From positions 259,332 through 323,331 of the forward strand of contig JAKBEU010000002.1 in NCBI GenBank assembly GCA_021833625.1: a stretch of DNA of 64,000 nt, given 5' to 3'. Below the pieces are notes generated by a model that worked only from the letters and a program-made list of their open reading frames with translations, made no database searches and was not told the DNA's origin. Numbering within the stretch: position 1 is the stretch's first letter; each line of letters starts with the position of its first letter. A program made the translations under genes and the position numbers. Source of the DNA: a bacterium (GTDB lineage Bacteria; Patescibacteriota; Microgenomatia; UBA1406; GWC2-37-13). Below are positions 53,012-60,595 of this stretch, one piece after another.

Positions 53012-54213
53012 TAACAACCTTAAAAACAAAAATTACAATTAAAGATATTTGTAAGGGATTTGTTTACAATGAACTTGAAGGTAAGGGTTTATTTGGCTTG
53101 TCTGGCAAATTAACTATTCAGCCAGAGTACCAGCGCAACTATATTTATTCGTCAGGTGATGGCAAAAAAGAGATAGCTGTAATCAATTCAATCCTCAAAG
53201 ATTATCCTCTTGGTTTAATATATTTCAATAAAGTTAATGATGACGATCTAGAAGTTTTAGATGGTCAGCAGCGCATTACTAGCATCGGAAGATTTGTTAA
53301 TAATAAATTTGCTATCAAAGATGAAAACGGTATGGAACAATATTTTAGCGGCATTGCAGCTGACAAGCAGACTAAGATTTTAGAAACAAAATTACTCATT
53401 TATGAATGTGAGGGCAAGGAAAGCGAGATAAAAGAATGGTTTCGGACGATTAATATCGCTGGAGTTCCCCTAGCCAATCAGGAGTTGCTTAACGCCGTAT
53501 ATTCCGGGCCATTTGTGACACTTTGCAAAGAAGAATTCAGCAATAGTCAGAACGCAAATATCCAAAAATGGAGCACTTATATTTCTGGTAGTGCCGACAG
53601 GCAGGAATTTTTAGAACGGGCACTTGACTGGGTAAGTAAGGATTGGGAAGATAAGAATAATGATCCAGCACACACAAGACCAATCGGAAAATATATGAGT
53701 AAACGTCGTTATGAAAAAAATATTTCCGAATTAAAATTATATTTTAATGGCGTGATTAATTGGGTATCTAGCGTTTTTACAGATATCGAAAGTGAAATGC
53801 GAGGATTAGAATGGGGACGACTATATGAAGAATATCACAAGAAAACATATGATCCTACTAAAATATCTGCCGAAGTACATAAACTTTATAGTGATCCATA
53901 TATTAAAAATCGCAAGGGTATTTTTGAATATATTCTCGGTGGTTCTACCGACACAAAACTACTGGATGTGAGGGTTTTTGACGACGCAACAAAACGAAGT
54001 GCTTATGGAACTCAAACTGCTGAAGCTGAGAAGAAAGATAAATCAAATTGTCCATATTGTGCTATTGGGCATGATGTGAATAAAAATAAAATTTGGAAAT
54101 TGAGCGAAATGGATGCAGACCATGTGGCAGCATGGAGTAAGGGTGGTAAGACTATGGCTAAGAATTGTCAGATGTTATGTAAGTCGCACAACCGTGCAAA
54201 GGGAAACCGATAA
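53008..54213 (+). CDS. DUF262 (ParB/GmrSD N-terminal-like) domain fused to an HNH nuclease
   Basis: 401 aa with the DUF262 motifs IQPEYQRNY and LDGQQRITS. The C-terminal HNH reads CPYCAIGH ... [12 protein letters not shown] ... [15 protein letters not shown]. It has an ATGA overlap with the methyltransferase stop. Confidence 0.85.
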   Translation: MITTLKTKITIKDICKGFVYNELEGKGLFGLSGKLTIQPEYQRNYIYSSGDGKKEIAVINSILKDYPLGLIYFNKVNDDDLEVLDGQQRITSIGRFVNNKFAIKDENGMEQYFSGIAADKQTKILETKLLIYECEGKESEIKEWFRTINIAGVPLANQELLNAVYSGPFVTLCKEEFSNSQNANIQKWSTYISGSADRQEFLERALDWVSKDWEDKNNDPAHTRPIGKYMSKRRYEKNISELKLYFNGVINWVSSVFTDIESEMRGLEWGRLYEEYHKKTYDPTKISAEVHKLYSDPYIKNRKGIFEYILGGSTDTKLLDVRVFDDATKRSAYGTQTAEAEKKDKSNCPYCAIGHDVNKNKIWKLSEMDADHVAAWSKGGKTMAKNCQMLCKSHNRAKGNR

Positions 54214-54287
54214 GAAATTACTTTTTATGATGCATTTACAACAAATGATGACCTGATTAGATTAGAGCAGTGGTAGTATTGTCGTTT

Positions 54288-54923
54288 ATGTATAACCTTG
54301 ATGAGTATAAAAGATTGACTTCAAAATATTGCTATTATGCTAGCTGGGCGATTTGGAATAAAGAAAAAGAAGACGACTCTTCAATTATTGATCAGCATCT
54401 AGACCAACTGCACTCAAAATTTGTATTAGTTGGACTAAATATATCTCATTCATTGGCTGGTAAAGCATGGTCAAACTTTCACGGCGGAAAGCACGATAGA
54501 AAATTGAAGTATGCTTGTAATGATACTAAGCTACGAGGATCTTACATAACAGATATTTTTAAAGATATTGATGAAGTGAGCTCAAAAAATCTTAAAAATA
54601 TTCTTACAGAAAAAGTGATAAATAAAAATGTTAGTTTCTTCAATCAAGAAATGAAGGATATAAAGATTAGTGGCGATACTCAATTTATTGTCCTTGGGAC
54701 ACCAACTTCTTTGCTTGCAGAATATTTTGACAAATATTTTAAACAAAAATACAAAAATCACATTATTTACCACTATCACCATTCTTACTATGGACTTACG
54801 GATAGAGAATGGGTTTGTGGGCTTTGGAAAAAATTGAGTATTAACAAAAATTTTGATATGGTCACAAAAAAAGAATCAGCAGTACACAAGGATGGGATGA
54901 TTTTCTTTCCGAGCAAAATCTAA
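54288..54923 (+). CDS. Hypothetical protein, possibly a degenerate UDG/Mug-superfamily fold
   Basis: The start is set at ATG 54288, 8 nt after TGgTAGTAT (54271-54279). The motif order VLVGLNISHSLAG ... GSYITDIFK ... FIVLG ... YHYHHSYYGL parallels Mug/TDG (GINPG ... NPSGLS) from memory. The family call is weak. Confidence 0.5.
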   Translation: MYNLDEYKRLTSKYCYYASWAIWNKEKEDDSSIIDQHLDQLHSKFVLVGLNISHSLAGKAWSNFHGGKHDRKLKYACNDTKLRGSYITDIFKDIDEVSSKNLKNILTEKVINKNVSFFNQEMKDIKISGDTQFIVLGTPTSLLAEYFDKYFKQKYKNHIIYHYHHSYYGLTDREWVCGLWKKLSINKNFDMVTKKESAVHKDGMIFFPSKI

Positions 54924-54958
54924 TGTCCTAGTTTTGGAATATTTGTTACATTTAATAC

Positions 54959-55312
54959 GTGGATACAAAAAACCAATACTCAACCAAAGTGGCTAAGGTT
55001 CTACAAAATGCTTTTGAAAAAAGAGGAATTAAAGTTGAAATGGAATTTTTTGATGGATACAAGCATGTTGATCTTTTTTTGCCAGAAGCAAAAATAAATG
55101 TTGAAGTAGACGGAGATCAACATCTGATAAATGCAGAACAAATTATCAGGGATTTCTCTAGAGAATATTATTCCGAAAGAGCAGGCTATCATACTCTGCA
55201 TATACCTAACGCAGAAGCTTTGAGTTATTGTGAAAAAATAGCTGATGCACTAAAGGAAATTGTTTTAATGTGTAAATTAAAGAAATTATCAACTCAAAAA
55301 TTGTCATCATAA
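54959..55312 (+). CDS. DUF559/Vsr-like restriction-endonuclease-fold protein
   Basis: 117 aa with a GTG start. The core HVDLFLPEAKINVEVDGDQH resembles the DUF559 D...E.D.G..H pattern. Confidence 0.6.
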   Translation: MDTKNQYSTKVAKVLQNAFEKRGIKVEMEFFDGYKHVDLFLPEAKINVEVDGDQHLINAEQIIRDFSREYYSERAGYHTLHIPNAEALSYCEKIADALKEIVLMCKLKKLSTQKLSS

Positions 55313-55345
55313 TTTCATAATAACCGTTTATAAATTATCACTAAT

Positions 55346-55564
55346 ATGAAAAAAATAGTAGTCGCTACAATAGGAATACTCGCGTTTTTGTATCTCGTTT
55401 ATCCAAGTTTTGGAATATTTGAACTGATTCCTGATAATATTCCATTTATTGGAAACTTAGATGAGGGAGGGGCAACTTTTCTTTTATTAAACGCGCTTTC
55501 ATATTTTGGTTTAGACTTAACAAACGTGTTTGGTTGGGGAGGAAAAACAGTAAAAAGAACTTAA
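55346..55564 (+). CDS. DUF1232 (YkvA-like) small membrane protein
   Basis: 72 aa with the motif ELIPDNIPFIGNLDEGG flanked by hydrophobic helices. Confidence 0.6.
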   Translation: MKKIVVATIGILAFLYLVYPSFGIFELIPDNIPFIGNLDEGGATFLLLNALSYFGLDLTNVFGWGGKTVKRT

Positions 55565-55591
55565 AGTTGCATATTGGTGTAATATAAAACT

Positions 55592-55990
55592 ATGAACACC
55601 ACATATTCCTGGTACTCAAAACTTATTAAACCGTCCTGGGCGCCGCCTTCTTTTCTTTTCGGTCCTGTCTGGACATTTCTTTATGTCCTGATTGTGATTT
55701 CCTTCAGCAGCGTGTTTGTAAAGTTATTCCAAGGGAAGATCCCCTTTGTTGTGGCATTGCCTTTTATTCTGAATCTCATTTTCAATCTTACCTTCACGTA
55801 CTTTCAGTTCGGACTGATGAATAATGAGCTTGCAGCGATAGATGTCATTTTGACGCTTATCACTCTTATTTGGGCGATGGTTGCGATATATCCGTATGCA
55901 CATTGGATCACCTATATGCAAATCCCTTATGTCATGTGGGTCTCGTTTGCAACAGTACTGCAACTTACCGTGACCTATTTAAACAGATAA
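55592..55990 (+). CDS. tspO: TspO/MBR-family tryptophan-rich membrane protein (short, apparently missing TM1)
   Basis: 132 aa. It begins directly at the conserved WYSKLIKPSWAPPSFLFGPVWTFLY segment. Confidence 0.8.
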   Translation: MNTTYSWYSKLIKPSWAPPSFLFGPVWTFLYVLIVISFSSVFVKLFQGKIPFVVALPFILNLIFNLTFTYFQFGLMNNELAAIDVILTLITLIWAMVAIYPYAHWITYMQIPYVMWVSFATVLQLTVTYLNR

Positions 55991-55993
55991 GTT

Positions 55994-57226
55994 CTATTTA
56001 AATTCCTTCATACAGTTCACGAGATAATCTATCTCGTCTTTCGTATGAGTCGCGCTTATCTGGATGCGGATCTCATCGCGTCCTTTCGCAACCACTGGAT
56101 AACTGATGTTCGTGACCAGAATGTTTTTGTCAAAAAGGAAATCCACAAGTCCTCTCGTTTTAACGGGATCACCGATTAGTACTGGTTGAATGGCGTGTGT
56201 CGACTCCGCTGCAAAGACGAATCCTGCTGCCACTACCTGTTTTTTGAAATACGCGGTGTTGTCGCGGGACGATTGCAGCAATTTTTTCCCTTCTTCACTG
56301 TCCACTATCTGTACTGACTTAAGAGCTGCTCCTGCAGTGCCGGGAGAAATGGAATTGGAATAGATATAGGTGGCTGACGACTCGCGCAGATAGTTGATTA
56401 TCTGTTGGTTTGCAACGACATATCCGCCGTCTGACCCGAGGCCTTTGCCGAATGTACCGACCAGTACGTCCGCTTTCGCTCCCTTTAACTCCTCGACTCC
56501 GCGCCCCGTTTCGCCGCACGAGGCAACGCCGTGGCAGTCGTCCATGACAAGAAGAACTCCAAGTGGATACTCCGCGTCAAACTTGTCAACAATCGTTCTC
56601 ATCTCATCCAACTTCTGGTATTCCCCAAGCATGCTAAACACTCCGTCGGTGACGACCAGTACGCGGGAATATTTTCCCTTGTTAGCTGACAACACGTTCG
56701 TCAGACTTTCCATGTTCATATGTTCGAATACGACGCGTTGTTCTTTGGGAAGATTCGCGAGACGGATACCGTCAATGATGCTGCGGTGATTGAGCGCATC
56801 CGATACGACGAGTACGTCACTTGTTACTTTCGAATCTTTGCTTTGTCCGCTGATAAGACAATAGAGGACGGCGAGGTTTGCCGCGAATGCGGAAGAAAAG
56901 ACCATAGCGTCGTCCCGGCCATGAAACTTCGCAACGGCGTGTTCCAGGTCGCGATGTATTTTCATCGATCCCGAGACGAAACGGACGGCTCCCGGTCCCG
57001 CACCGTATTGCTGAGAGGCTGCATGTTCCGCTTCTTTGACTTCCGCGTTGTGGCGCAGTCCAAGGTAATCGTTGGAATTAAAAATCGTAACGTCTTTGCC
57101 GTCTATTTTTGCAACGGTGGGAGAGCTGAATGACTCGATAATCCGTTCATTCCGTTTTGACGTTTTGACTCCATCAATGCGCGCAACTTCGGAGTCGAGG
57201 ATTGAAAGAAACTGTTGTTTTGCCAT
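55994..57226 (-). CDS. kbl: 2-amino-3-ketobutyrate CoA ligase / 8-amino-7-oxononanoate synthase family (class II aminotransferase)
   Basis: 410 aa with the PLP-lysine context GTFGKGLG. It pairs with the upstream threonine dehydrogenase-like gene. Confidence 0.8.
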   Translation of the reverse strand: MAKQQFLSILDSEVARIDGVKTSKRNERIIESFSSPTVAKIDGKDVTIFNSNDYLGLRHNAEVKEAEHAASQQYGAGPGAVRFVSGSMKIHRDLEHAVAKFHGRDDAMVFSSAFAANLAVLYCLISGQSKDSKVTSDVLVVSDALNHRSIIDGIRLANLPKEQRVVFEHMNMESLTNVLSANKGKYSRVLVVTDGVFSMLGEYQKLDEMRTIVDKFDAEYPLGVLLVMDDCHGVASCGETGRGVEELKGAKADVLVGTFGKGLGSDGGYVVANQQIINYLRESSATYIYSNSISPGTAGAALKSVQIVDSEEGKKLLQSSRDNTAYFKKQVVAAGFVFAAESTHAIQPVLIGDPVKTRGLVDFLFDKNILVTNISYPVVAKGRDEIRIQISATHTKDEIDYLVNCMKEFK

Positions 57227-57231
57227 AGGAA

Positions 57232-58170
57232 TTATTTTTGCAATTTAATTTTTAATCCTTCATACATTGTCTTTGTCATTTTAGCCAAATCGAATTTCGC
57301 CCTCCAACCCCAATCCTTTCTCGCCTGACTGTCATCAATTGATTGTGGCCATGTTTCGGCAATCTTCTGCCTTTCATCTATTTTGTAGTCGTAGGTAAAG
57401 TCGGGAACGAGTTTTTTGAGTTCTTCGCCAAGTTCCTTCGGGGTAAAACTAATGGCTCCAAAGTTGTAGCTTGTGCGGATCGTGATATTTTCAACAGGCG
57501 CCTCCATGAGTTGTATCGTTCCGTCTATCGCATCGTCGATATACATCATGGGGAGCCGGGCATCTTCCTTCAGGAAAATGCTGTAATGTTTTTCATTTAT
57601 CGCTCCGTAAAAAATATGGACGGAGTATTCGGTGGTGCCATCCCCTGGTGGCGCTTTGTATCCCGTGAGACCCGGATAGCGGAGTGAACGGACGTCCACT
57701 CCCCATTTCAGATTGTAATATTGGCACAGAAGTTCTCCCGCAACCTTGTTGACGCCGTACATTGTCGTCGGTTCAAGGATGGTGTGCTGTGGGGTGTTTA
57801 CTTTCGGAGTCGTGGGGCCGAATGCTGCAATCGATGAAGGCCAAAATACTTTGAGTTTGTATTTCACTGCCAGATCAAGAATATTTTTGAGTCCCCCTAA
57901 GTTTACTTCCCATGCCAATTGCGGGTTTTTTTCACTCGCAACGGACAAAAGTCCCGCTAAGTGATAGACCTCGGTAATGCCGTGCTTCTCGATAATTTTG
58001 GCAAGAGTTTCCGTGTCGCGGATATCGGCCTTTTCCACTAGTGCTTCAGAATCTGCAACCGCCTTATGGCTTATTGCAACAAGCGAACCTTTAGGATATT
58101 TTTTTGATAATGCAGCTATTAAATCACTCCCGACCAGTCCAAAAGCACCCGTCACCAGTATTTTTTTCAT
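57232..58170 (-). CDS. tdh: NAD-dependent epimerase-fold L-threonine 3-dehydrogenase-like protein
   Basis: 312 aa with the Rossmann motif KILVTGAFGLVGSDL and the YGVNK catalytic pattern. The tdh call rests on operon context with kbl. Confidence 0.7.
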   Translation of the reverse strand: MKKILVTGAFGLVGSDLIAALSKKYPKGSLVAISHKAVADSEALVEKADIRDTETLAKIIEKHGITEVYHLAGLLSVASEKNPQLAWEVNLGGLKNILDLAVKYKLKVFWPSSIAAFGPTTPKVNTPQHTILEPTTMYGVNKVAGELLCQYYNLKWGVDVRSLRYPGLTGYKAPPGDGTTEYSVHIFYGAINEKHYSIFLKEDARLPMMYIDDAIDGTIQLMEAPVENITIRTSYNFGAISFTPKELGEELKKLVPDFTYDYKIDERQKIAETWPQSIDDSQARKDWGWRAKFDLAKMTKTMYEGLKIKLQK

Positions 58171-58248
58171 GAGAAGTAAATAAATGATAATAGGGGTCTA
58201 TAACTCACATCATACTATACGGACTGCATATTTAGGTATAATAGAGTC

Positions 58249-59655
58249 ATGATTCTTGACAAGCAATCATTTTTCCTGCTCGGGATTAAGGGAACCGCAA
58301 TGTCGAATATCTCCGTGATGTTAAAACAGATGGGGAAGTCGGTGACGGGAGTTGACATAAATGAAGAGTTTATTACCGATAAGGTCCTGAGAGATAATGA
58401 AATCTCCTATTCGACTAACTTTGACGATTTATCCCAAATAAACAGTTGTGACGTATTAGTCTATTCAGCCGCCCATAAGGGAGAAGAAAACCCGTTGGCG
58501 CTTGAAGCGAAGCGACAGGGGAAGCTTGTTGTCTCTCAGCCCGAACTCATAGGTGAATTGGTGCAACGATACAAGACTTCAATTGCCGTTGCCGGGTGTC
58601 ATGGAAAGACGACAACAGCCTCACTTTGCGCCTGGGCGCTCACCAAACTTGAGAAAAATCCGGGCTTTCTTATCGGTGCCCCAACCTTCAACGGTTTTGG
58701 GGGAGGGGGCATGTCTTATTCCGACTACTTTGTCATTGAGGCTGACGAATACGGAGTCCATCCGCCCGTCAATAAGACCCCAAAGCTCCTTTTTCTTCAT
58801 CCCACCTACACGCTCTGCACGAATATAGACTTTGACCATCCAGATGTATATAGTAGTCTTGAGGATACGAAAAAGACTTTTTTGCAGTTTTTCTCGCAGG
58901 CGCAACATCTTATTTTGTGCGCAAGCGACCCTGTTCTTGCCTCACTTCTTCCAATAAAACACCCATCAGTCGTGACATATGGCCTGGAGTCAAAGCACGA
59001 TTACTGTGCCGAAGACATTCTATTTGAGCCTGACAGGACGCACTTTACGGTCCGTAATAAAGGGACGGTTTTAGGCACGTTTACTACCCAATTGTTCGGG
59101 GAAAAGAACGTGCTGAATGCCCTCGGCGTGATCGCACTCCTTTTTGAGCTTGGATTCGGTGCTTCAGAGATTCAGGCATCAATCCTTGGATTTATGGGTG
59201 CAAAACGGAGACTTGAGCTTGTATGGACGGATAAAAACACCTATCTTTTCGATGATTACGGCCACCACCCGGCAGAGATTGAGGCGACGATTGAGGCTGT
59301 GAGAAGCAGGTTTGAGGGAAAAAAACTCCATGTATTGTTCCAGCCTCATACCTATTCGCGCACAGCCGCTCTCAAACATGAGTTCGCAACCGCACTTTCC
59401 AAAGCTGATTTTGCCTATATCATGCCTATTTTCCCTTCCGCCCGCGAAAAAAAAGAACTATTTAACGTAAGCTCCGCGGACGTGGCTAGTGAAGCTAAGA
59501 GTGGGCATGTTGTCGCATACGAAGGAGCAGGGGGAATTCTCTCCGGTTTAGCCTCAAACGTGAAAAGGGGAGATATTATCCTGACGATGGGTGCGGGGGA
59601 TATTTACAAGCTAAAAGATGATATAATTGATGTACTCAATGAAACACAAAATTGA
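58249..59655 (+). CDS. murC: UDP-N-acetylmuramate--L-alanine ligase
   Basis: 468 aa with the P-loop GCHGKTTT, FVIEADEYG and DDYGHHPAEI. TATAAT at 58237-58242 ends 6 nt before the ATG. Confidence 0.9.
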   Translation: MILDKQSFFLLGIKGTAMSNISVMLKQMGKSVTGVDINEEFITDKVLRDNEISYSTNFDDLSQINSCDVLVYSAAHKGEENPLALEAKRQGKLVVSQPELIGELVQRYKTSIAVAGCHGKTTTASLCAWALTKLEKNPGFLIGAPTFNGFGGGGMSYSDYFVIEADEYGVHPPVNKTPKLLFLHPTYTLCTNIDFDHPDVYSSLEDTKKTFLQFFSQAQHLILCASDPVLASLLPIKHPSVVTYGLESKHDYCAEDILFEPDRTHFTVRNKGTVLGTFTTQLFGEKNVLNALGVIALLFELGFGASEIQASILGFMGAKRRLELVWTDKNTYLFDDYGHHPAEIEATIEAVRSRFEGKKLHVLFQPHTYSRTAALKHEFATALSKADFAYIMPIFPSAREKKELFNVSSADVASEAKSGHVVAYEGAGGILSGLASNVKRGDIILTMGAGDIYKLKDDIIDVLNETQN

Positions 59656-60580
59656 AGAATTAGTGGGGGAGGGGCGAGTGCGGGAAAACGTTGATCTTTT
59701 CCCCTATCTCTTGATGCGGCTCCATACGCAGGCTCAATATTTTTTTGAGGCTAAAACCGCTCAGGACCTAATAAACGCTTACCGTGCATGCAAACAAAAT
59801 AACATCCCTTTTTTTCTGCTCGGAGGCGGGACGAACGCCGTGTTCAAAGCCTCACGCGTTGAAGGACTTTTAGTGAAGAATTTGTATAGCGAAATTACGA
59901 CACTATTTTCAGATAGTACCTCTTCTCTTGTGATGATTGCCTCAGGCACGCCGACCTCACTTGTCGTCTTAAAAACGGTTGAAGCGGGCCTTAGCGGATT
60001 CTCCTATCACAAGGGGCTGCCGGGTCAGATGGGAGGAGCCATATATATGAACTCCAAATGGACAAAACCGTTTTCCTATATTGGGGACAATCTGGTTGAA
60101 GCGACACTTATCGACACGGAGGGAAACATAAAAAAGGTAGACAAGACATACTTCAAGTTCTCCCACGGCTACAGCATTCTTCAGACGACTCACGAGATAT
60201 TGGTTGACGCTACGTTCAAGCTCCCAAAACAGGACAAAGCAGTGCTTTCTGCCCAGGCCGAAGGCGCATTCTCCTACCGCAAAGAAACACAGCCCATAGG
60301 TGTTGCAACCTGCGGATGTTTTTTTCGGAATATCACCGAAGAAGAACGGACAGCGCACAATCTTCCCTACCGGTCGGCAGGATACCTCATCGACAAAGCG
60401 GGAATGAAGGGATATGTAGTCGGGGGATTTAGCGTGTCGGACAAACATGCAAACTTCATTATCAATTCGGGAAAAGGCGAGGCGCGCCCTGAGGATCTTA
60501 TGACGCTTGTTGCGACCATAAAGGAAAAGGTGAAGGGTAAATTTGGCATTATACTGAAAGAAGAAGTTGAATTATTTTAA
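59627..60580 (+). CDS. murB: UDP-N-acetylenolpyruvoylglucosamine reductase
   Basis: 317 aa with an FAD-binding region (FFLLGGGTNAVF) and the C-terminal motifs GCFFRN and SDKHANFIIN. It overlaps the murC end, so the true start may be ATG 59639. Confidence 0.9.
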   Translation: MMYSMKHKIEELVGEGRVRENVDLFPYLLMRLHTQAQYFFEAKTAQDLINAYRACKQNNIPFFLLGGGTNAVFKASRVEGLLVKNLYSEITTLFSDSTSSLVMIASGTPTSLVVLKTVEAGLSGFSYHKGLPGQMGGAIYMNSKWTKPFSYIGDNLVEATLIDTEGNIKKVDKTYFKFSHGYSILQTTHEILVDATFKLPKQDKAVLSAQAEGAFSYRKETQPIGVATCGCFFRNITEEERTAHNLPYRSAGYLIDKAGMKGYVVGGFSVSDKHANFIINSGKGEARPEDLMTLVATIKEKVKGKFGIILKEEVELF

Positions 60581-60595
60581 TACATAAAAAAAACT

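Noticed and set aside
49355-55591. Direct repeats or att-like sequences flanking the accessory island.
   Set aside because: I compared the intergenic stretches at 49355-49424, 50061-50130 and 55565-55591 by eye and found only shared promoter-like TGGTATAAT motifs. No duplicated target site was visible. A computational repeat search is needed before excluding them.
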